Source of the DNA: Alphaproteobacteria bacterium | Lineage (GTDB): Bacteria > Pseudomonadota > Alphaproteobacteria > Micavibrionales > UBA2020 | DNA length: 64,000 nucleotides | Direction of reading: 5' to 3' | Assembly: GCA_035437825.1 (NCBI GenBank) | Contig: DAOMYX010000001.1 | Span: 38,986-102,985, forward strand | In this document: piece after piece, positions 54,095 through 62,227 of the stretch | Layout of the letters: every line of letters starts with the position of its first letter | Position numbering within the stretch: the stretch's first letter is position 1 | Notes under the pieces: model-generated | Told to the model about the DNA's origin: nothing | What the model saw: the letters and a program-made list of their open reading frames with translations, nothing else | The model's database searches: none | Translations under genes and position numbers: made by a program

Positions 54095-55225
54095 TCAAGC
54101 GTTTTTCGGCGGTTTCGCAGCAGCGGGCGCCTTGGGCTTGTCGAGTGCCTGCGGTTCTTGCTGCGCAGCGGCAAGAGCGGCCGCAGCGGCCTTTACTTTA
54201 TCCAGTGCGCTCACGACACGCTCCACCACGGGGTGGCGGATGATGTCTTTGTTGGAGAACTGGTGCTGGCCGATGCCTTCGGTGCCTTTCAGCGCTTCTG
54301 CCGCCCATTTCAGGCCGGAGTCTTTGCTGATGTCGGTCTGTGCGGGGTCACCCGTCAGAACCATTTTGGAGCCGTTGCCGAAACGGGTCAGCGCCATTTC
54401 CGTCTGCTCTTTGGTCGCGTTCTGCGCTTCGTCAAGAATGATGAAGGCGTTTTCGAACGTGCGGCCGCGCATCAGGCCGACGGGAACGATTTCGATGACG
54501 CCGGAGCTCATCAGGCGGTCGAGTTTCTCTTTGCCCATGACCTTGGTCATTTCATCGTACAGCGGGCGCATGTAGGGGTCGAGTTTCTGTTTCTGGTCGC
54601 CGGGCAGGTAGCCGAGTTTTTCGCCGGCTTCTTGCGCAGGGCGGGCGAGCAGGATTTTCTCGACCTGTTTTTTGTTCAGCATATCGACGGCAACCGCAAC
54701 GGCAACGTGGGTTTTACCCGTACCAGCAGGGCCAAGGCCGAAGGTGATGTCGTTGCTCTCGATAAGGGATTTCAGGACGGCTTGTCCTTCGGTCTTTGCT
54801 TCAAATTTGTAAGGCGCGCGGTTTTCGAAACCCTGGCTGGCGGAATCGCCGAAGTTGCCACGGAGGTTATCATTACCGTTGCCGCGATAGCCGCCGCCAC
54901 TGCGGTTGTCGCGGTGGTCGTTGCGTTGCGATTGGCGGGATTGCTGGCCGTTACGGGTATGCGATGCCATCTGGATATCCTCCTTGGTGAGGTGTGTGTT
55001 GTTATTGACGAATTTAGTAAGAAGTTTGCTAAAACCGCTGCGCACGTTCTGTTCGTTTTGCGGTGACGTGTTGAACGTAAGCACGCCGCCTTGGTTGATG
55101 CCGAATTTGACATCGAATGCTTTTTCGAATTCCTTGCCGAGTTCCGGCTTACGCTGAAGCAGGATATAGGCGAAGTGGGTGGATCTGTCTTCCTGATTCA
55201 GTCTGAGTTGAAAGGTGTTGCTCAT
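54095..55225 (-). CDS. PhoH-like ATPase paralog with novel N-terminal domain and RGG/Gln-Asn-rich linker
   Basis: C-terminal 250 aa: [53 protein letters not shown]. The N-terminal 85 aa are unrelated to the canonical copy. The linker reads SRQSQRNDHRDNRSGGGYRGNGNDNLRGNFG. The start codon overlaps the miaB stop (ATGA). Confidence 0.8.
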   Translation of the reverse strand: MSNTFQLRLNQEDRSTHFAYILLQRKPELGKEFEKAFDVKFGINQGGVLTFNTSPQNEQNVRSGFSKLLTKFVNNNTHLTKEDIQMASHTRNGQQSRQSQRNDHRDNRSGGGYRGNGNDNLRGNFGDSASQGFENRAPYKFEAKTEGQAVLKSLIESNDITFGLGPAGTGKTHVAVAVAVDMLNKKQVEKILLARPAQEAGEKLGYLPGDQKQKLDPYMRPLYDEMTKVMGKEKLDRLMSSGVIEIVPVGLMRGRTFENAFIILDEAQNATKEQTEMALTRFGNGSKMVLTGDPAQTDISKDSGLKWAAEALKGTEGIGQHQFSNKDIIRHPVVERVVSALDKVKAAAAALAAAQQEPQALDKPKAPAAAKPPKNA

Positions 55226-56601
55226 GCTGCTTGTGCTTTCTTGTTGGAAGTGAGCGTGGTTTCAGTCGTTTCGATGCTGCCGGACATGCCGTTCTGGAAC
55301 GCTTTTTCAATGCGCACATTCACGGTCTGGCCGAAGAGTCTTTCGGGTGCGCCATCGACATAGACGGACTGCATATAGGGCGTCTTGCCGAGAAGCTGGG
55401 CATCGCCGCGGTTGCCGCGGCGGTCGAACAGCACGGGCTGGATGGTGCCGATGAAGCTGTTGTTGTAGTCGCGCTGCTGCTGCTGCAAAAGTTCCTGCAA
55501 CGCATAAAGGCGCTGGTCTTTCAAAGGCTCCGGCACCACGCCCGCCATGACGGCGCCGGGGGTGCCGGGGCGGGGGCTGTATTTAAACGAATAGCAGGAC
55601 GCATAGCCAACCTTGCGTACCAAATCCATGGTCGCTTGGTGGTCTTCGTCGGTTTCACCGGGAAATCCGACGATGAAATCGGAGCTGAAGGCCATATCCG
55701 GACGCTTGGCGCGCAGGCGCTCTATGATGTCCAGATAAAACGCAGCGGTATGTTTGCGGTTCATCAGCTCCAGCACGCGGTCGGAGCCGGATTGCACAGG
55801 CAGATGCAGGAACGGCATCAAAGCCGGAATGTCGCCATGCGCGGCAATCAGCTCATCGTCCATATCGCGCGGGTGGGACGTCATGTAGCGGATACGCTCC
55901 ACGCCGTTTACTTCGGCGACGGCCGCGACAAGACGCGCGAGGTTCCATGTGCTGCCATCCGCGCCCGCGCCGTGATAGGCATTGACGTTCTGGCCGAGCA
56001 GCATGATGTCCTTCGTGCCCATATCGGCCTGACGTTTTACTTCGTCGAGGATTTGCTGCACGCCGCGCGAATATTCCGCGCCGCGGGTATAGGGCACCAC
56101 GCAGAAAGTGCAGAATTTGTCGCAGCCTTCCTGAATGGATACGAAAGCGGAGGGGCCTTGCGCTTCGGCATCGGCCGGCAATTCGTCGAATTTGGATTCA
56201 GGCGGGAAATCGGTATTCACCACGCGTTGGCCGCCGGTGGCCTGCAAAATCATTTCGGGCAGTTTGTGATAGACCTGCGGGCCGAAAACCATGTCGACAT
56301 ACTTGGCGCGGTCGATGATGACGTCGCCTTCGGCCTGCGCGACACAGCCTGCGACGGCGATAAGCGCCTTTTCGCCTTTTTCTTCTTTGGCTTCTTTGTG
56401 ACTGCGCAGGCGGCCGAGGTCTGAAAAGACCTTCTCGGTCGCTTTTTCGCGGATGTGGCAGGTGTTGAGTATCATCAGGTCGGCATCGTCGGGCTCTTCG
56501 ACGGGGCGATAGCCGAGGGAGGCCAGAATATCGGCCATCTTTTTGCTGTCATAGACGTTCATCTGACAGCCCCAGGTTTTGATGTAGAGCTTTTTGTTCA
56601 T
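55222..56601 (-). CDS. miaB: tRNA-2-methylthio-N6-dimethylallyladenosine synthase
   Basis: ORF 55222..56688; I prefer ATG 56601 (MNKKLYIKTWGCQMNVYDS). Radical-SAM motif CDKFCTFCVVP, then a TRAM domain. Confidence 0.92.
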   Translation of the reverse strand: MNKKLYIKTWGCQMNVYDSKKMADILASLGYRPVEEPDDADLMILNTCHIREKATEKVFSDLGRLRSHKEAKEEKGEKALIAVAGCVAQAEGDVIIDRAKYVDMVFGPQVYHKLPEMILQATGGQRVVNTDFPPESKFDELPADAEAQGPSAFVSIQEGCDKFCTFCVVPYTRGAEYSRGVQQILDEVKRQADMGTKDIMLLGQNVNAYHGAGADGSTWNLARLVAAVAEVNGVERIRYMTSHPRDMDDELIAAHGDIPALMPFLHLPVQSGSDRVLELMNRKHTAAFYLDIIERLRAKRPDMAFSSDFIVGFPGETDEDHQATMDLVRKVGYASCYSFKYSPRPGTPGAVMAGVVPEPLKDQRLYALQELLQQQQRDYNNSFIGTIQPVLFDRRGNRGDAQLLGKTPYMQSVYVDGAPERLFGQTVNVRIEKAFQNGMSGSIETTETTLTSNKKAQAA

Positions 56602-56717
56602 CGCATTCCCTGAGATGCAATCTCGTGTTATTTTCTGTATCAAGTGGTGCAGACTATTAACCATATATTGCGCCATAGAGTCCAGCAAAAACTATCCATA
56701 ACAATGGGAAATTTATC

Positions 56718-57656
56718 ATGCGCCAAAAAATTCTTATGATGGGCCCCATTCCCGCGGCGCAAATGCAGTTTTTGGAAGAAAATTATGCCGTGACAAGGCT
56801 TTGGCAGGAAGCCGACCCCGAAAAGGCGCTGGGCGGGGTCAAAGACGATGTGACGGCGATTGTCAGCACCGCTTTTGGCAAGGTCAGCGCCAAGCTGATT
56901 AACGCGCTGCCCAATCTTGAAATCATCAGCCATTTCGGCGTCGGGTATGACAGTATCGATATTGCTGCGGCGCGCCAAAGGGGCGTGGTCGTGACCAATA
57001 CGCCGGATGTCCTGACGGATGATACCGCCGATATGGGCATGGCGCTGACGCTGGCCGTGTTCCGCCGGATAGTCGAGGGGGATATTTATGTGCGCAGCGG
57101 CCAGTGGGCGAAAAAGGGCGCCATGCCCCTCGGCCGTGCCCTGCGCGGGCGGCGCATGGGGATTGTCGGCCTTGGCCGCATCGGGCAGGCGGTGGCGAAA
57201 CGCGCGCAGGCTTTCGGCATCGACGTTGCCTATAGCGGGCGGCAGAAAAAAGACGGCGTGGATTTGCCGTTTTACCCCGATGCCCGCGCGCTGGCGGAGG
57301 CCAGCCAGATATTGATGGTCTGCTGCGCCTATAGCACCGAGACGCACCATTTGGTCGATATGCCGGTTTTGAAGGCTTTGGGGCGCGAGGGGGTAGTTGT
57401 TAATATTGCGCGTGGTAAAATTATAGACGAGCAGGCGTTGATTGACGCCCTGCAAAGCGGGCTGATTGCCGGCGCCGGTCTGGATGTGTTCGAGAACGAG
57501 CCGGACGTGCCAAGCAGCCTGTGCCGCCTTGATAACGTCGTTCTTCAGCCCCACCAAGGCAGCGCAACCCACGAAACCCGCGCCGCCATGGCGCAGCTGG
57601 TGGTCGATAACCTGCGTATGTACTTTGAAAAGGCTGAGGTTTTAACGCCCGTTTAA
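56718..57656 (+). CDS. D-2-hydroxyacid dehydrogenase (glyoxylate/hydroxypyruvate reductase-like)
   Basis: GIVGLGRIGQAVAKRA NAD-binding motif, NIARG, and H in PHQGSAT. Confidence 0.85.
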   Translation: MRQKILMMGPIPAAQMQFLEENYAVTRLWQEADPEKALGGVKDDVTAIVSTAFGKVSAKLINALPNLEIISHFGVGYDSIDIAAARQRGVVVTNTPDVLTDDTADMGMALTLAVFRRIVEGDIYVRSGQWAKKGAMPLGRALRGRRMGIVGLGRIGQAVAKRAQAFGIDVAYSGRQKKDGVDLPFYPDARALAEASQILMVCCAYSTETHHLVDMPVLKALGREGVVVNIARGKIIDEQALIDALQSGLIAGAGLDVFENEPDVPSSLCRLDNVVLQPHQGSATHETRAAMAQLVVDNLRMYFEKAEVLTPV

Positions 57657-57774
57657 AATCCAAGCCGTACCGTTTCAGGGGCGGTATTTGGCGTAACACT
57701 TGCCAAGAATCGTCCCCTCCTGTACAGAATACTCTCGTTTCAGGTATTTTTATGTTTAGCAGGAAGAACTTCCG

Positions 57775-58263
57775 ATGAAAAAATTGACGGCAATGCTGGC
57801 GGCTATCGCGCTTCTGGCCACGACGGCACAGGCCTCCGCCCAGTGCTATAACGAACGCCAGTTCGAGGCCGAACAGGGCCTGCGCATCCACAGCGAGCTG
57901 ATGGTCATTTCCCTGACCTGCATGAAAATGCCGATGGGCGCGGGGATGTACCAGAAATATCAGGCCTTCACCAACAAGAACAAAGTCCTGATTTCGTCTT
58001 ACGAAACCGACATGATTGATTATTTCCGTGCCAGCGGTTCGCCCGCGCCGGAAAAGCAGTTCCACAGCCTGCGCACGCAGCTGGCGAACCAGATTTCGCA
58101 GCACGCGATTAAAATGTCCACGGCCAGCTTCTGCCAGCATTTCGGCTCGCGCATCGACAGCGCGCTGAAAATGGACCAGGCAAAACTGCGCCAATGGGCA
58201 GCTCAGCCCTGGCCCAACAGCCCGACCACGCGCCCCAGCTGCGGCAAAGTCGCCCAGCGCTAA
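57775..58263 (+). CDS. secreted hypothetical protein
   Basis: AGGAAG before the ATG. Signal peptide MKKLTAMLAAIALLATTAQASA. Four Cys. Followed by a strong hairpin. Confidence 0.6.
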   Translation: MKKLTAMLAAIALLATTAQASAQCYNERQFEAEQGLRIHSELMVISLTCMKMPMGAGMYQKYQAFTNKNKVLISSYETDMIDYFRASGSPAPEKQFHSLRTQLANQISQHAIKMSTASFCQHFGSRIDSALKMDQAKLRQWAAQPWPNSPTTRPSCGKVAQR

Positions 58264-58277
58264 TCGCGCAGACGAAT

Positions 58278-58317
58278 AAAACAAAACGGCGGAGTGGTTA
58301 CTCCGCCGTTTTGTTTT
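58278..58317. terminator. 18-bp-stem bidirectional terminator hairpin
   Basis: AAAACAAAACGGCGGAGT-GGTT-ACTCCGCCGTTTTGTTTT. The right arm is identical to the 3' coding end of the AI-2E transporter gene 596 bp away. Confidence 0.75.
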
Positions 58318-58318
58318 T
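58298..58318. repeat. 21-bp direct repeat copy 1 (TTACTCCGCCGTTTTGTTTTT)
   Basis: Exact match to 58894-58914. The two copies bracket the low-GC segment. Confidence 0.9.
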
Positions 58319-58338
58319 TATTGTGATGGTGTGTCAAT

Positions 58339-58878
58339 TCATTTGCATTTGTAAGGCGGTGCAAACTCTCTGAATATGCTCGGCCAAAAAAAAACCATTT
58401 CGTGAGGTGCTCCGCTGTAGTTTACGGAAGCGTCGCACAAGTCCCCGCCACCTTTGCATAGGCAGATTGGGCGGTGAAACGCAACTCCGTAGCCCCAGAT
58501 GGCTAGTGAGTATGATAATAAATAAAAGTAAGAAAAGATAAGGATACAAATAGTTTGGAAAGTTATTTTTAAAGCCCTCTTTTTTATTTTCAGTAGGAGC
58601 GCATAGGTGCCACCGTATAGGGCAATGTGCTTGGCGTAAAAAAGAACGGTTTCAGAAAAAAACGATGCCTTTAATCCGGAGTAGTTGCTTGACATCAATA
58701 TGCCGCGGCTGCGCAGTGTAAATTCGATGAGGCCGGCAAGTGCTGCGCAAATAATGAATGTACCTGCGGCGAAATGTAGATGATATTTTCGCAGTTCTTT
58801 TTTGTAAAAGCTACAGGCCGTATAAATCAGAACACTGAGTAAAACGACTGTTGCCCAGACAAGGGATAATAGTGGCAC
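58339..58878 (-). CDS. low-GC multi-pass membrane protein with Cys-rich C-terminus (179 aa), unknown function
   Basis: GTG 58878 follows AAAGGAG (9-nt spacer). Four hydrophobic helices. C-terminus HRPICLCKGGGDLCD...YKCK. GC is about 42% by hand count per 60-nt line (range 27-60%), against 55-77% in the flanks. Confidence 0.6.
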   Translation of the reverse strand: MPLLSLVWATVVLLSVLIYTACSFYKKELRKYHLHFAAGTFIICAALAGLIEFTLRSRGILMSSNYSGLKASFFSETVLFYAKHIALYGGTYALLLKIKKRALKITFQTICILIFSYFYLLSYSLAIWGYGVAFHRPICLCKGGGDLCDASVNYSGAPHEMVFFWPSIFREFAPPYKCK

Positions 58879-58893
58879 GGTGCTTGTCTCCTT

Positions 58894-58914
58894 TTACTCC
58901 GCCGTTTTGTTTTT
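58894..58914. repeat. 21-bp direct repeat copy 2
   Basis: Identical to 58298-58318. It encodes the last residues and stop of the transporter (AKNKTAE-stop) on the minus strand. Confidence 0.9.
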
Positions 58915-60030
58915 GGCGGGTGTTTTGGTTTTTGCGGGTTTGGGGTTTTTACCGTCTTGCGCGTCGCCGTCTTCGCGCGTGCGGCTCCAGTCCATCAGCA
59001 GGGCATAGGCGAGGGCGAGCAGCGTCGGGCCGATGAAAATGCCGATGAAACCAAAAGCCAGAACACCGCCGATAACCCCCATCAGGACAAGCACAAAGGG
59101 CAGGTTGCCGCGCAGGCTGATGAAAAACGGCCTGAGCACGTTGTCGATGGTGCTGATGGCGAGTAATCCCCAAAGCCCGACGAATACCGCGCGCCATATT
59201 TCGCCTTCGCTGTAAAGCCACAGTGCGACGGGTGCCCAGATAAACGGCGGGCCATTCGGGACGAAGGACAAAAAGAACGTCATAAGGCCGAGGAACGATG
59301 CGCCCGGCACATCCGCCATCCAAAATCCAAGCGCGGCGAGCATCCCCTGCGCAAGGGCAGTACCGAGCATGCCATAGACCACGCCAATCAGCGTATTCTT
59401 GCTGACATCCAGCAGCCGCTGGCCATAGGGGCCGCCGAAGCGGTGGATAAGGTTGCGCGCCCGCACCGATACCCGCGCCCCGTGCAGAAAAAAGAAATAG
59501 GCAATCATGACACCGATGGTGAGGTCGAAAAGCCCGCGCGCGATGCTGCCGCCAAGGGCGATGAGCCCCTTGGTCATCTGGCTGCTGTATTCTTCGGCGA
59601 CGGCTTGCAGGCTTTCCTTGTCGGCGGTCGCTTCGCGCCAGTAGGTGGCCATGGTTTCGCCTGCGTAGGGAATTTTCGCGATGTCATCGGCGAGTTTGGA
59701 GAGGTCTTGCTGGAGAGATTTTTGCGCAATCTCCGATATCTTGCCGAAATTCTCCGCGCTGCTGGTGCCGATAATCACAAGGGGCACGATAAAGCAAAGC
59801 GCCAGCGCAACGGTCATTAAAAACGCAGCATGCGCCGTGCGCCCGCCCAGCCTCTGGTTCAGCCACATAAAGGCTGGCCACGCCGAGAGCGACAAAATGG
59901 TTGCCAGCAAAATCGCAGGGAAGAAAGGGGTCAGGATAATCAGGCAACCGATTAAAATCAGCGCCACGGCCGAAATACCGGCTATCAGCTGGTAGAGCTG
60001 GTGCTTGTTGACCTTGTCGATTTTCAGCAT
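58894..60030 (-). CDS. AI-2E family transporter (PerM/YdiK-like)
   Basis: ORF 58894..60069; the start is probably ATG 60030 (MLKIDKVNK). Eight or so TM helices and the family pattern FVPNGPPFIWAPVALWL...IDNVLRP. Confidence 0.8.
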   Translation of the reverse strand: MLKIDKVNKHQLYQLIAGISAVALILIGCLIILTPFFPAILLATILSLSAWPAFMWLNQRLGGRTAHAAFLMTVALALCFIVPLVIIGTSSAENFGKISEIAQKSLQQDLSKLADDIAKIPYAGETMATYWREATADKESLQAVAEEYSSQMTKGLIALGGSIARGLFDLTIGVMIAYFFFLHGARVSVRARNLIHRFGGPYGQRLLDVSKNTLIGVVYGMLGTALAQGMLAALGFWMADVPGASFLGLMTFFLSFVPNGPPFIWAPVALWLYSEGEIWRAVFVGLWGLLAISTIDNVLRPFFISLRGNLPFVLVLMGVIGGVLAFGFIGIFIGPTLLALAYALLMDWSRTREDGDAQDGKNPKPAKTKTPAKNKTAE

Positions 60031-60166
60031 AAGGGCGCCCCTGTTCAAAAAACTCCTGAATAATAACATAGTGATAGGGGCTTCCCATCCTCTTTTTGCT
60101 TGTCTATACTTCGCCCATTCCGATTTTTATTCCACACATCTGCCACGGCCTTCCGGGGGATTTTCC

Positions 60167-61699
60167 ATGTATATGCGTATTTTGATGGTCATCACGCTTT
60201 TGCTGTCGTTTGCCGCACCTGTTTATGCGGAGGCTGCGCCCGCCGCTGCCGCTTATGTGGCTGCGCCCGCGCTGACCATCGACCAGAAAATCGACAAAGC
60301 CGTGCAGCCGATTGCCGACAAGGCCATCGGTTTCATGTTCTATCCCGTGACCATCGCGGGGCAGGATGTGCCGATGATTATCATCTGGCTGATGTCCATC
60401 GGCGTTTTCACGTCTTTCTATTTCGGCTTTGCGAATTTCCGCCTGTTCCGCCTGTCGTGCCAGCTTTTGGGTGGCAAGCATCAATCGGCGGAGCGTGAAG
60501 GCCAGATTTCCAACTGGCAGGCGCTTTCGACCAGTCTTTCGGCCACGGTCGGCCTTGGCAACATCGCGGGTGTTGCTGTCGCCGTATCCATGGGCGGGCC
60601 TGGCGCGACGGTCTGGATGATTTTGATGGGCTTTTTGGGTATGAACACCAAGTTCACCGAATGCGCGCTCGGCGTTAAATACCGCCACATCGCCGAAGAT
60701 GGCGAGGTTTCGGGCGGGCCCATGTATTATATTTCCCGCGGCTTCGGCGCGCGCGGGCTGCCGCGCCTTGGCAAGCTGCTCGCGTTTATTTTCGCGCTTT
60801 GCTGCATTGGCGGCGCGGTGGGCGGGGGCAATATGTTCCAGTCCAACCAGACATACCAGATGTTTATGCGCGTCGCGGGCGAGGGCAGCTATTTCGCCGA
60901 CAAAGGCTGGCTGTTCGGCCTTGTGCTTTCTGTCATGGTCGGCGCGGCGATTATCGGCGGCATCAAAAGTATTGCGCGGGTATCTGAAAAAATCTTTCCG
61001 ACCATGGCAACGCTTTATGTGCTGATTTGCCTGATTGTGATTATCGGCAATTATCAGGCCATTCCCGCGGCGGTGGGCGACATCGTGCGCGGCGCTTTCG
61101 CGCCGGATGCGGCGGTGGGCGGCCTTTTGGGCGCGATGGTGGCGGGTGTGCGCCGTGCGGTGTTTTCGAATGAATCCGGCATCGGCTCCGCGCCGATTAC
61201 GCATTCGGCGGTCAAATCCGACTCCCACATCGCGCAGGGCATTATTTCGATGCTGAACCCCTTCATCGATACGGTGGTTATTTGCACCATGACGGCGCTG
61301 GTGATTGCCGTGACGGGCGTGTACGAGGGCGGCAAGGGCGTCGAGGGTATTGCCCTGACTGCGCGTGCGTTTGAAAGCATCGGCGGCTGGACGATTTACT
61401 GGCTCGGCCTGACGGTATTCCTGTTTGCCTATTCCACCATGATTGCGTGGTATTATCTGGGCGAAAAGGGTTTCACCTATATCGCCGGGTGCGGGCGCGG
61501 GCGCGTGATGGCGTTCAAGGTGTTTTATTGCCTGTTCGTGGTCGTGGGCGCGGCGGCGAACCTGACGCACCTTATCGACCTGACGGATGCGCTGTTTTTC
61601 GCTATGGCGATTCCCAACGTGATTGCGCTTTATGTCATGGCGCCGGAAATCAAAAAAGACCTGCGCGAATATCTTGAGAAAATCCGCGCAAGCGCCTGA
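60167..61699 (+). CDS. alanine/glycine:cation symporter (AGCS family)
   Basis: ORF 60005..61699; I prefer ATG 60167. ATVGLGNIAGVAVAVSMGGPGATVWM signature. The N-terminal 20 aa are signal-like (MYMRILMVITLLLSFAAPVYA). Confidence 0.85.
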   Translation: MYMRILMVITLLLSFAAPVYAEAAPAAAAYVAAPALTIDQKIDKAVQPIADKAIGFMFYPVTIAGQDVPMIIIWLMSIGVFTSFYFGFANFRLFRLSCQLLGGKHQSAEREGQISNWQALSTSLSATVGLGNIAGVAVAVSMGGPGATVWMILMGFLGMNTKFTECALGVKYRHIAEDGEVSGGPMYYISRGFGARGLPRLGKLLAFIFALCCIGGAVGGGNMFQSNQTYQMFMRVAGEGSYFADKGWLFGLVLSVMVGAAIIGGIKSIARVSEKIFPTMATLYVLICLIVIIGNYQAIPAAVGDIVRGAFAPDAAVGGLLGAMVAGVRRAVFSNESGIGSAPITHSAVKSDSHIAQGIISMLNPFIDTVVICTMTALVIAVTGVYEGGKGVEGIALTARAFESIGGWTIYWLGLTVFLFAYSTMIAWYYLGEKGFTYIAGCGRGRVMAFKVFYCLFVVVGAAANLTHLIDLTDALFFAMAIPNVIALYVMAPEIKKDLREYLEKIRASA

Positions 61700-61791
61700 T
61701 TTTGAACGGCTGAACCCGTACAAAAACGGTACCTTTACCCTGCGTTAACCTATTGATGCAACAATAGGAATGTTCAATGCGGGAGGATGCC

Positions 61792-62220
61792 GTGAAATTT
61801 TTTGCGCCCCTGATGTTCTGTGCCCTTTTGATGCTGCCCGCCGTATCCGCGCAGGCGGAGGAGGCGCATGACGCCAAAGAGCCCGCCGCCAGCATTGAAT
61901 ATATCGATTTAAACCCGCTTTCGGTGCCCGTTATCAACGACAACGGGATTGTGCAGCACGTCAGCCTTTCGGTCTCGCTTGAATGTGCGGCAGGCAAGCG
62001 CGATGCCGTGAATATTTTCAAGCCGCGCCTGATGGATGCCTACTTGCGCGAGCTTTACGGCGCGCTTGGCAGCGGCCGCGCGATGATGAAGGGCAACGTC
62101 GTGAATGTGGAAGAACTGAAAGCCCGCCTGACAACCGTGACGGAGCGCGTGGTCGGGCCGGAGCTTGTCACCGGCGTTCTTTTGCAATCCGTGAACCAGT
62201 ATTCCATGCGCGCGCGCTAG
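61792..62220 (+). CDS. FliL-like periplasmic protein, unknown role
   Basis: GGGAGG lies 5 nt before in-frame GTG 61792 (alternative ATG 61777). Signal peptide KFFAPLMFCALLMLPAVSAQA. YIDLNPLSVPVINDNGIVQHVSLSVSLEC...FKPRLMDAYL resembles the FliL-family pattern. Confidence 0.5.
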   Translation: MKFFAPLMFCALLMLPAVSAQAEEAHDAKEPAASIEYIDLNPLSVPVINDNGIVQHVSLSVSLECAAGKRDAVNIFKPRLMDAYLRELYGALGSGRAMMKGNVVNVEELKARLTTVTERVVGPELVTGVLLQSVNQYSMRAR

Positions 62221-62227
62221 CGTAACT

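Noticed and set aside
60005-60166. The upstream extension of the AGCS transporter ORF (54 extra codons), which would overlap the divergent AI-2E transporter start.
   Set aside because: The extension has odd composition and no SD. ATG 60167 gives a normal N-terminus and leaves a sensible divergent promoter region.
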